Positions 18,789 through 25,388 of a DNA stretch of 42,711 nucleotides are shown in pieces. Below the pieces are notes generated by a model. That model was not told the origin of the DNA. It made no database searches and saw only the letters and a program-made list of their open reading frames with translations. Each line of letters starts with the position of its first letter. Within the stretch, counting starts at the first letter, position 1. This DNA comes from a virus, in IMG/VR virus record IMGVR_UViG_3300025520_000003, positions 1 to 42,711 of that record. One strand, 5' to 3'. The position numbers and the translations under genes are program-made.

Positions 18789-18997
18789 CGTTTTTTGTCC
18801 TTGATTTTTGTTAGTCCTTCTTCAAGGATAGCTTCGGAAGTAACTCTTTGGTTGTACTCTTTTTCAGCCTTTGCTTCATCGTGAGCCTTGAGCTGCATAG
18901 CGTAAATCATCAACTGCAATCCTGCTTGCTCACTAAGGGTAATATCGAGAGAGAACTTCTGCGCTCTCCCTGTTGAACTGATGTTAATTCTAGCCAT
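18785..18997 (-). CDS. hypothetical protein
   Basis: I prefer the start at MARINIS (18997), which has a GGAGG SD. Confidence 0.55.
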   Translation of the reverse strand: MARINISSTGRAQKFSLDITLSEQAGLQLMIYAMQLKAHDEAKAEKEYNQRVTSEAILEEGLTKIKDKKR

Positions 18998-19220
18998 GAC
19001 AATCCTCCGCAACTGCTCGGTTAATAAATTTGTTCAAAATGGGTTCTTCTAAAATCTCGTCTAACGTCGTGAGAGCGTCTGTAAGGCCATTCAAACTTTT
19101 AGACAGCACGTTTTCCATGTACGACTGTTCAACGGCCTTACGCTGCGTCTCAGGCAGTCCTAGCCATGTTTCCCATAGCAGTTCACTTGCTTGCAGGACG
19201 GTTTGGAGTTCGTTCATCAT
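18990..19220 (-). CDS. hypothetical protein
   Basis: 76 aa with a 4-nt overlap to the replisome-organizer-like gene. Confidence 0.55.
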   Translation of the reverse strand: MMNELQTVLQASELLWETWLGLPETQRKAVEQSYMENVLSKSLNGLTDALTTLDEILEEPILNKFINRAVAEDCHG

Positions 19221-19894
19221 TTCTTTCCTTCCCTGAAGGCATAGGGGTCAACTGCGGCAACAGGAGCAAGCTTGCTTGGTGTTCGAGACCGTAAAGCTTT
19301 CACACGAGTTTCCTGTTCACGTTCTTTTTCCATGGCGATTGCGTATGACTTTTTTTGTGCAGCTGAAAGTTCTTTAGAACTATCCTGCGGCTTGTCCGCT
19401 TCATGCTTAGATTTCTTTTCTTTTAATTTCTTTATATTAGATTTAATTATATTTAATTGGGGGGTTACTGTACTCAGACTGTGGTCAGACTGTTCATTTT
19501 CAAGCAAAAAAATAGTCATTTGATTATCTTCTTTATCTGTTGATAGTTGTATTTTACTCTGTAGCCAGTCTGGTAACTCATCAATGGCTTTTTGGATTCC
19601 CTTTTTAATACTAGGATTTAGACGTTGATGTTTAATAAAGTTCGTTAAAACAAGCCAATTTCGCTCAAAATACATACGCCCATCGTTCGTAAATTTCTCC
19701 AAAGTTGCTTCAATAAATTGCTTATCCAGGTCAGTATCAAAAGCTACTTCACGTATAGATATTTCGTAAATTCCAGCCAAAGTTGTTCTTGGATTTGTAA
19801 GGAAATAAATGAACAGCAATTTTTCTTGCGGATTAAGCTCGATAATATACGAGTCTTTCCAAAAATTTACGTTGACAATTCGAGAACTAGCCAC
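19217..19894 (-). CDS. replication initiator / replisome organizer-like protein (winged-helix N-terminal domain)
   Basis: 225 aa with a GTG start. The N-terminal pattern (FWKDSYIIELNPQEKLLFIYFLTNPRTTLAGIYEISIREVAFDT...LEKF...G) is typical of phage replication-organizer N-terminal domains (from recall). The middle of the gene is AT-rich and repeat-rich. Confidence 0.5.
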   Translation of the reverse strand: MASSRIVNVNFWKDSYIIELNPQEKLLFIYFLTNPRTTLAGIYEISIREVAFDTDLDKQFIEATLEKFTNDGRMYFERNWLVLTNFIKHQRLNPSIKKGIQKAIDELPDWLQSKIQLSTDKEDNQMTIFLLENEQSDHSLSTVTPQLNIIKSNIKKLKEKKSKHEADKPQDSSKELSAAQKKSYAIAMEKEREQETRVKALRSRTPSKLAPVAAVDPYAFREGKK

Positions 19895-20210
19895 GAGGAT
19901 TTACCCAACCTTCCTTTTCTTTTTCTAAATTACATGGCTGACAACTTAACACGAGATTTGAATAATCATTAGTCCCACCTTTTGACAATGAAACTATATG
20001 GTCTACTTCAATATGTCTATAGCGATTAACCACGACACCAGCCTTTATTATTTGATAGTCTTCATAAAACTTTTCTCTACAGTAGAAGCACCTGCCCATC
20101 TGTAAAACAAATTGCTTTTCTTTGTGGCGCTTGAATCTGAGTGTCTTTTGCATAGAGCCAAACTGAGACCTTAAAACACTAAGCTCTAGTGGACTCACTG
20201 TGTATATCAT
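19887..20210 (-). CDS. HNH endonuclease
   Basis: 107 aa with CFYC...EVDHIVSLSKGGTNDYSNLVLSCQPCN, a CxxC/H-N-H/CxxC zinc-finger nuclease signature. Confidence 0.85.
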   Translation of the reverse strand: MIYTVSPLELSVLRSQFGSMQKTLRFKRHKEKQFVLQMGRCFYCREKFYEDYQIIKAGVVVNRYRHIEVDHIVSLSKGGTNDYSNLVLSCQPCNLEKEKEGWVNPRG

Positions 20211-20240
20211 AAAAAATAAAGAAGCCCCTTCTGGGACTTC
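20211..20240 (-). terminator. rho-independent terminator-like hairpin abutting the HNH start codon
   Basis: Minus strand reads GAAGTCCC-AGAA-GGGGCTTC followed by TTTATTTTTT and then the ATG. Confidence 0.55.
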
Positions 20241-20359
20241 AAGTGTGCGTAGTGCGCTGATTAGACTTACTTAAAGAATATCAAGCAAAAGCGACGCTGT
20301 AAAGCCCCTGTTTAATTTTTATTAGCAAGGGCTTGGGTCTAATCAGGCACTCGCTAGTA
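20211..20359 (-). ncRNA. candidate small structured RNA (speculative)
   Basis: A possible TTTACG-N18-TATAGT promoter has its -10 element at 20366-20371. A 10-bp long-range stem (20257-20266 with 20337-20346) encloses an inner hairpin (20302-20334). The terminator at 20211-20240 follows. No ORF is present. Confidence 0.3.
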
Positions 20360-20433
20360 ATTCCAACTATACACCAGCCAACATGCTTTCGTAAATATCA
20401 AAAACACAGACTGGGTACAGCCTGTGGAAACTA

Positions 20434-20442
20434 TGTGCATAA
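20434..20442 (-). promoter_or_regulatory. DnaA-box consensus match (TTATGCACA on the minus strand)
   Basis: Plus strand reads tgtgcataa, which matches TTATNCACA at 9 of 9 positions. The same 9-mer recurs at 29571-29579. Confidence 0.45.
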
Positions 20443-20644
20443 AAGAACTCGACCAACATCGTGCGGAGGGTCGAGTCCAGTGCGCTATACGTTCTCTAGC
20501 ACCTGAAGAACGCTTTGCTCATTACTCGCATTAGAATCTGGTCGTGGGAATCTATACTGCCAAACTCTCTCCACTTGAGTAATTAGCCTCATCATACCAT
20601 AAGGTATATGATGGTCAATAGAGCAAACTAACGAGGAATATATC

Positions 20645-20803
20645 ATGGCTACCATTGAAAAAATCTTACTAACATTATTTGTCTTCGCTGCAGCTGGAAG
20701 TTATTGGGGCTGGGGACTCGCATGGTGGGCGGCCGTCTTCGGCTTCGCTTACGTCATAGCCGTCGTTGTCAACGTATTCTTATCACAGAATACCGCCCGA
20801 TAG
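20645..20803 (+). CDS. small membrane protein (52 aa), an isolated plus-strand gene
   Basis: Hand translation gives MATIEKILLTLFVFAAAGSYWGWGLAWWAAVFGFAYVIAVVVNVFLSQNTAR. It has a GAGGAA SD and two hydrophobic helices, and it ends before the bidirectional terminator. Confidence 0.5.
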   Translation: MATIEKILLTLFVFAAAGSYWGWGLAWWAAVFGFAYVIAVVVNVFLSQNTAR

Positions 20804-20814
20804 TCAATATAACC

Positions 20815-20861
20815 TGTGGGTAAGTCGCCGTTTATCCACGATTTTTGGACAGTTATCCCCA
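20815..20861. promoter_or_regulatory. cluster of three DnaA-box-like 9-mers
   Basis: tgtgggtaa at 20815-20823 (reverse complement TTACCCACA), ttatccacg at 20832-20840 and ttatcccca at 20853-20861. Each matches TTATCCACA at 8 of 9 positions. Confidence 0.5.
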
Positions 20862-20867
20862 AACAAG

Positions 20868-20898
20868 AAAAAAGACCCTTAGCGCTGGGTCTTTTTTT
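20868..20898. terminator. bidirectional rho-independent terminator
   Basis: AAAAAAGACCC-ttagcgct-GGGTCTTTTTTT. T-runs follow the stem on both strands. It closes both the tRNA array (minus) and the 52-aa ORF (plus). Confidence 0.8.
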
Positions 20899-20941
20899 CA
20901 TTTACGAAAGTGGTTGTGGCAACCACCAAGATAATATCACA

Positions 20942-21018
20942 TGGTAGCTGGGGAGGGAATTGCACCCACGTAGACTGGCTTATGAGACCAGCTGGAGAAA
21001 CTAACACTCCACCCTGCT
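20942..21018 (-). tRNA. tRNA-Met(CAT)-like: atypical tRNA-like gene, anticodon CAT (Met/fMet/Ile2)
   Basis: 77 nt with an encoded CCA. The anticodon arm (CTGGT-CTCATAA-GCCAG) is clean. The acceptor stem has an A-A mismatch, the T stem a T-T mismatch, the T loop reads TGCAATT, and the D loop lacks GG. Confidence 0.45.
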
Positions 21019-21033
21019 GAATTAATAATATCA

Positions 21034-21108
21034 TGGTACACACGCAGGGACTCGAACCCCGATTGCTAGAGCCAAAATCTAGTGTCCTACCAGTTAGACG
21101 ACACGTGT
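21034..21108 (-). tRNA. tRNA-Gln(TTG): tRNA-Gln (anticodon TTG)
   Basis: Hand-folded 75-nt cloverleaf. The acceptor stem is ACACGTG/CGTGTGT, the D loop AACTGGTA, the anticodon loop TTTTGGC, the T loop TTCGAGT, and CCA is encoded. Confidence 0.85.
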
Positions 21109-21111
21109 ATG

Positions 21112-21186
21112 TGGCGACCCCACGGGGAATCGAACCCCGACCCACTCGCAGACAACGAGACATACTAGCCGTTATACTATGAGGTC
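21112..21186 (-). tRNA. tRNA-Asp(GTC): tRNA-Asp (anticodon GTC)
   Basis: 75-nt cloverleaf. The acceptor stem is GACCTCA/TGGGGTC, the anticodon loop TTGTCTG (T at position 37, 27:43 T-T), the T loop TTCGATT, and CCA is encoded. Confidence 0.75.
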
Positions 21187-21189
21187 ATT

Positions 21190-21264
21190 TGGCATAGGTT
21201 GAAAGACTCGAACTTTCTCTAACGGTTTTGGAGACCGCCGTGCTACCATTAACACTAAACCCAC
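21190..21264 (-). tRNA. tRNA-Trp(CCA): tRNA-Trp (anticodon CCA)
   Basis: 75-nt cloverleaf. The acceptor stem is GTGGGTT/AACCTAT (with G-U pairs), the anticodon arm GCGGT-CTCCAAA-ACCGT, the T arm GAAAG-TTCGAGT-CTTTC, and CCA is encoded. Confidence 0.85.
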
Positions 21265-21267
21265 ACA

Positions 21268-21342
21268 TGGCCCTAACGGGTGGACTCGAACCACCAACCC
21301 TTCGATTAACAATCGAACGCTCTACCGTTGAGCTACATTAGG
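21268..21342 (-). tRNA. tRNA-Asn(GTT): tRNA-Asn (anticodon GTT)
   Basis: 75-nt cloverleaf. The acceptor stem is CCTAATG/CGTTAGG, the D arm GCTC-AACGGTA-GAGC, the anticodon arm TTCGA-TTGTTAA-TCGAA, the T arm GGTGG-TTCGAGT-CCACC, and CCA is encoded. Confidence 0.9.
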
Positions 21343-21347
21343 ATATT

Positions 21348-21422
21348 TGGTCAGGATAGAAGGTGCTGCCCCCTCTGCCTCTCGCTCCCAGGGCGAGCGC
21401 TCTGCTGATGAGCTATATCCTG
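21348..21422 (-). tRNA. tRNA-Pro(TGG)-like: atypical tRNA-like gene, anticodon TGG (Pro)
   Basis: 75 nt with a perfect acceptor stem (CAGGATA/TATCCTG) and good D and anticodon stems. The anticodon loop is CCTGGGA (C at position 33), the T loop reads GGCAGCA, the D loop (ATCAGCA) lacks GG, and CCA is encoded. Confidence 0.45.
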
Positions 21423-21432
21423 AAATTAAAAT

Positions 21433-21450
21433 AAGACCCGTCGGGGTCTT
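21433..21450 (-). terminator. 7-bp GC-rich hairpin with a tetraloop, 10 nt upstream of the first tRNA (terminator or processing signal)
   Basis: AAGACCC-gtcg-GGGTCTT. The minus strand continues ATTTTAATTT. Confidence 0.45.
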
Positions 21451-21552
21451 TCTATGTTTTTACAATGCAACTAAAAATCAGACCCCTTGTGTCGTGCTTC
21501 CTGGCTGATTATCTTGCCATGTAAAAATCATATCTGAATGATACCTTATTTA

Positions 21553-21584
21553 TGACAAAACAAAAAGCCCTTCGTGAAAAGGAC
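21553..21584 (-). terminator. rho-independent terminator downstream of the glycosyltransferase gene
   Basis: Minus strand reads GTCCTT-ttcacg-AAGGGC followed by TTTTTGTTTTGTC. The G-U pair forms only in minus-strand RNA. Confidence 0.6.
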
Positions 21585-21714
21585 TTCTTGCTGTTATCAA
21601 CTCACAGCTCTACGTTTTTTTGGGCATTACGTTGTGAACAGGGCTGTGTGTAAGATACTAAACTAACTTTCTGATAGCGATGTACGAAGATTGAAACAAT
21701 CTTATGAGATTATT

Positions 21715-23136
21715 CTATGCAATATCGCCTTCAACCACAAGACTATTTGTACGCTCCTCAAACTTCTGTCCGACCGCCTTTGGAGTTGGAATCCAGGCCA
21801 TTCCCCTGACTCCAAATAGCCACTTAATAGAAGCTACGGCAGGGCCAGCTGTATCGAACAATCCACTGAAGGGTGTCATAACCAAAACTTTGGCGTGTTC
21901 TAAGAGCTTCTGAGGCACGTTCTTTTTGGTATAGCGTAGGTTCTGCCATAAACCAATTTGATTAGCTCCTAGCCACATAGCAAGGCCTGGAATGGCCGCA
22001 ATTGTCAGTGGGTTGAGAGCCTCAGTGCCAATCAGGAACGATGTAAAGTTATAACCGACATAAAACATCAGTAGTACCAGTGAAATGATAGACACGGGCA
22101 GTCCGATGGCGTAGGTGAGGACACGAAGTCGAATCACCAACTGAATCTTAATCCGCTCTCCTAACGATAGCTTCTTCCACTCAGGCAGGCTACGGACATG
22201 AGCCACACCTTGCAGCGCCCCAAGAACCCATCGCTCCCGTTGTTTGTACGCAGCCTTGACCGTGAACGGTGGCTGTTCAATCATCTCGACACCGTGCCAG
22301 CCAAACGACTTCTTTCCAAACTTCAGGAAGAACATCAGGCCAAATACCAGGTCTTCTGCGATGAGCGGTTTGTCACCTAGTGTTCCGATGTCCCACCCAA
22401 TCTTATTTTCGAGTCGTTCCTGCACGACGAGGTTTGACCCGTGAAGATGAAGTGGAGCAGGGTTGGTCATCATCAGGTAGCACTCATGGCAACCAAATGG
22501 CCGACTGGATTCCATCGTCCGACACATGATGTGAGAATCTTCCCACTCTAATGGATAGCTGATTGAACCCTCAGAGATACCCAATGGCTTCTTCAGCAGG
22601 TTACGCACCAGGCGAGCCAGGTTGTCTTCGGTAAAGACAGATTCTTCGTCGTAATGCACGATATACGAATTACGAGGAGTCTGTCGGTGAATCTCAACCA
22701 TGTAGTGCAAGGCACGAGCCTTGAGCTGCGTTCCATTGGGCGTCTGATAGTCAGCAGGCAATATGTAAGTTGTCACGGGGATTGGTGCGTCAGCGAACTC
22801 TCTATCGAGCGCCAGCTTATCTTCCATCTCCTCGGTGATTACCTCGACTGAAACAACGTGTTTAAGAATCGGATATTTGCCAACGGCTTTTATCGCATAC
22901 TCAATCCCACGCCGAACCACTGCTACTGACCCACCTTTGGTCGTAATCTGAATCACGAATAGGATTGGGTGGCGTGACTTGAGCCGTCGCTTTAGCAGTC
23001 GGCCAATCTCTTTGTTAGACACGGCCGTTCGGTCGATATGACCCTTGGAGATGGCGAATGCCGCCACCCCCCAGAAATATAGGTAGGTGAGATTAAGAAT
23101 AATCACCACTACCATAAAGGCGTCGATGGGGTTCAT
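21715..23136 (-). CDS. integral-membrane family-2 glycosyltransferase of the processive synthase type (D, DxD, ED, QxxRW)
   Basis: 473 aa. It has an N-terminal TM helix, a catalytic core with YDEES, LIAEDLVFG and KQRERW motifs, and three or four C-terminal TM helices. Confidence 0.8.
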   Translation of the reverse strand: MNPIDAFMVVVIILNLTYLYFWGVAAFAISKGHIDRTAVSNKEIGRLLKRRLKSRHPILFVIQITTKGGSVAVVRRGIEYAIKAVGKYPILKHVVSVEVITEEMEDKLALDREFADAPIPVTTYILPADYQTPNGTQLKARALHYMVEIHRQTPRNSYIVHYDEESVFTEDNLARLVRNLLKKPLGISEGSISYPLEWEDSHIMCRTMESSRPFGCHECYLMMTNPAPLHLHGSNLVVQERLENKIGWDIGTLGDKPLIAEDLVFGLMFFLKFGKKSFGWHGVEMIEQPPFTVKAAYKQRERWVLGALQGVAHVRSLPEWKKLSLGERIKIQLVIRLRVLTYAIGLPVSIISLVLLMFYVGYNFTSFLIGTEALNPLTIAAIPGLAMWLGANQIGLWQNLRYTKKNVPQKLLEHAKVLVMTPFSGLFDTAGPAVASIKWLFGVRGMAWIPTPKAVGQKFEERTNSLVVEGDIA

Positions 23137-23234
23137 TGCTTCCTGTTGCCTCCACCGAAAGCGTAATAGGCTAGGAATACGATGACCGCAGCCATAACAA
23201 TCCAGAACAGGATTCCACCAAATATTTCACTCAT
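23133..23234 (-). CDS. 33-aa membrane micro-protein translationally coupled to the glycosyltransferase
   Basis: Hand translation gives MSEIFGGILFWIVMAAVIVFLAYYAFGGGNRKQ. It has an AAGGAG SD and ATGA overlaps at both ends. Confidence 0.55.
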   Translation of the reverse strand: MSEIFGGILFWIVMAAVIVFLAYYAFGGGNRKQ

Positions 23235-23392
23235 GATTGACTCTCCTTATTTTTATTAACCAGATACCTGATAACAACTGGCACTGAGAACTTCTTTACG
23301 ATTCCGAGTGGTTGTACCTGCTCTTTATAAATCTTCTTCAGGTCTTCGACAAGCTCTTGGTCTAGACTAGCGGTTTGATATTGTGATGTCAT
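23231..23392 (-). CDS. hypothetical protein (53 aa)
   Basis: The internal ATG at 23392 has an AAGGAG SD and overlaps the YopX stop. Confidence 0.5.
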   Translation of the reverse strand: MTSQYQTASLDQELVEDLKKIYKEQVQPLGIVKKFSVPVVIRYLVNKNKESQS

Positions 23393-23790
23393 TTCTTTTC
23401 TCCTTTTATTAATTCTGGGTTTTGGTAGATGTTGCCAACTACTTCGCAATCATCAAATCCATAATGATATGAAAGTTCTCCTGGGTCGTCGTACTCGAAC
23501 CACTCCTTGCAGTAAAATCCTGGGTGGTTTGAACCAGCACCGTCCCATTTCAAATCATCAAACCACTCGACAACACCAATATAATTAACGGCTTTGACGA
23601 TGTCTCCCTCATAGATTTCAACACCATTATCGTCTTTGATTCCCGTATATTGCAGTGGTTCAGAGATTGTAAAGATTTGATTTGATTCCAGGGTTTCATC
23701 GTCATGTACGATACCTTCATCTTTATCAAGGTGAAAATAAGTCATTCGATTCAGCTCTTGAACATAGGCTCTAAACTTTAGCTCTCTCAT
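23389..23790 (-). CDS. YopX-family protein
   Basis: The MRELKFRAY N-terminus and the VVGNIYQNPELI C-terminus are hallmarks of the YopX family. Confidence 0.8.
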   Translation of the reverse strand: MRELKFRAYVQELNRMTYFHLDKDEGIVHDDETLESNQIFTISEPLQYTGIKDDNGVEIYEGDIVKAVNYIGVVEWFDDLKWDGAGSNHPGFYCKEWFEYDDPGELSYHYGFDDCEVVGNIYQNPELIKGEKK

Positions 23791-24014
23791 ATCCGCTCCT
23801 CCTCGATACCATGCTCACGCTTGTACTTTTCGATAATCTGCTGGTCACGGTACTTGATATATTTTTTTAAGCCATCGGCCATGTCGAGCCTGACCGCCTG
23901 CACCGTCTTGGTTTGCGAACGGTCAGAGCGTTGCAGATTAGGCAGGGTCAATCCTGACTCGTCCATAATGCGGTAGATGTCGCCAGTGGGATTTTTGTGA
24001 AACTCCATCAGCAT
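23787..24014 (-). CDS. hypothetical protein
   Basis: 75-aa ORF with 4-nt and 1-nt overlaps to its neighbours. Confidence 0.55.
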   Translation of the reverse strand: MLMEFHKNPTGDIYRIMDESGLTLPNLQRSDRSQTKTVQAVRLDMADGLKKYIKYRDQQIIEKYKREHGIEEERI

Positions 24015-24325
24015 TACCGCTCCCTGTACTGGTCAATGTAAATGTGTGTCCAGTTGCGTGGGTTAATAATAATCGAAAGACCCTTACGCTCATCTTTCAG
24101 CAGGTGAGTTGGCTGTTCACTGGCAATGTCGTGAGACACACTTGCATAGACTGGGTTGTTGAACAGGTAGGGAATGCCGCTCATGAGCGTGGCTCGCATT
24201 TCCTTGGCTTGCTTCAGTGGCATTGCAACCCTAATCATTGGCTCGTGTGGGTTATCCAGATATAGCGTGACGATGACCGTCTTTTTTAATTCGTCTTCAG
24301 TTTTAGTTGATTTCTTGGTTGGCAT
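24014..24325 (-). CDS. hypothetical protein
   Basis: I prefer the start at MPTKK (24325), which has an AAGGAG SD. The longer ORF-track start would overlap the upstream gene by 140 nt. Confidence 0.55.
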   Translation of the reverse strand: MPTKKSTKTEDELKKTVIVTLYLDNPHEPMIRVAMPLKQAKEMRATLMSGIPYLFNNPVYASVSHDIASEQPTHLLKDERKGLSIIINPRNWTHIYIDQYRER

Positions 24326-24596
24326 TTTCAATCTCCTTATTATTTTTCTCCTGGGCGACTTCTTCTTCGTAACAGTCTTCACAAACTGGAAAGCCGAAGC
24401 CTGTTGGGTTATGAATCGTCCTTGATGTGTAACCATCGCCAAACGTCATATTCTTGAAACAGTTTGAACAGTTAATTGGCAAATCCATATTGGTCGAATA
24501 GAGAACGATAGTCATATTTTCAGGTACGTCATGTTTCACATACTCGTGAGCTTCAAAGTCCCACTTTCCTAAAATGACGGGTGTAAACATATTCAT
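24303..24596 (-). CDS. hypothetical protein with a CxxC...CxxC zinc-ribbon-like motif
   Basis: 97 aa containing CSNC and CEDC. Confidence 0.55.
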   Translation of the reverse strand: MNMFTPVILGKWDFEAHEYVKHDVPENMTIVLYSTNMDLPINCSNCFKNMTFGDGYTSRTIHNPTGFGFPVCEDCYEEEVAQEKNNKEIENANQEIN

Positions 24597-24826
24597 TCCT
24601 GCTCGACCGCCATTTCCTGATACTCCATATCCTCATCACTCAGCTCTTTGTGGCGCACGAGGTATCGCTCTACCTCACTGATGGGATATTCCTGAATGGT
24701 TCGGTAGCTACGGACATACACCTCAACGTGTGGCTCTCGGCCGTTGCTGCCACGACCCCAGTTCTTTACGACCACTCCGATGAGGTTATTTTCTACGACG
24801 ACAATATCGCCAAATACTAGTTTCAT
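24593..24826 (-). CDS. hypothetical protein
   Basis: 77 aa with 4-nt overlaps to its neighbours. Confidence 0.55.
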   Translation of the reverse strand: MKLVFGDIVVVENNLIGVVVKNWGRGSNGREPHVEVYVRSYRTIQEYPISEVERYLVRHKELSDEDMEYQEMAVEQE

Positions 24827-25047
24827 GACACCAGCCTTTCGATTGCTTCTTTAACTTTTTGAGGTAATTCAACCAGGTAAGTGATTTGGTTGGTTCGCTC
24901 ATCAATTGCGGCTACAACTTTGTATTGAGCCGATAGGTTCTTTGTGTCAAAAGCTAGAATCTGAGACTCTTTACTATTTGCACGATTCAAGCTGTAATCG
25001 TATCGGACGTTCTTGTGCTGGATTACTTTCTTGTATGCGTAGGCCAT
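24823..25047 (-). CDS. hypothetical protein
   Basis: 74 aa with a GGAGG SD. Confidence 0.55.
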   Translation of the reverse strand: MAYAYKKVIQHKNVRYDYSLNRANSKESQILAFDTKNLSAQYKVVAAIDERTNQITYLVELPQKVKEAIERLVS

Positions 25048-25388
25048 TATTCACCTCCTTTGTATTTACGACTGTCGGCCTGAGCCAGAATCAATGGGAT
25101 TGCTTCAACTGATATGTAGCCAGCAGGGTTATTGTCATACTGTTGAATAAACCAATCCTCAAACTTGTGGTGGCCGAAGACCATAATCTCGACGGTCTTT
25201 GATTCTACCGTAGCTTCGGCTGATATTGGTGGGCTGCCGTCATGATTGGTGAGTGATTCATGTATCTCACTCAGCCTCTCGTGGTTGTCTGAGTAGCTGC
25301 CGCCACCGAAGACAATGGAAACCTGATTGCCGTTGTCGAAGCTGTACATCGTGGCAGCTCGCTTGTGACTTGATATTGTGGTTATCAT
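25047..25388 (-). CDS. hypothetical protein
   Basis: 113 aa with a TAATG overlap to the upstream gene. Confidence 0.55.
   Translation of the reverse strand: MITTISSHKRAATMYSFDNGNQVSIVFGGGSYSDNHERLSEIHESLTNHDGSPPISAEATVESKTVEIMVFGHHKFEDWFIQQYDNNPAGYISVEAIPLILAQADSRKYKGGE

Noticed and set aside
20447-20495. GGAGGGTCGAGTCC segment resembling a tRNA T-arm, considered as a tRNA fragment or attP core
   Set aside because: I could not fold a T stem or an acceptor stem around it, and no integrase gene is present. It is better described as an 8-bp hairpin (ACTCGACC...GGTCGAGT).
20879-21163. ORF-track 94-aa minus-strand ORF
   Set aside because: It runs through three tRNA genes and the bidirectional terminator, so it is an artefact of the stop-free tRNA sequence.
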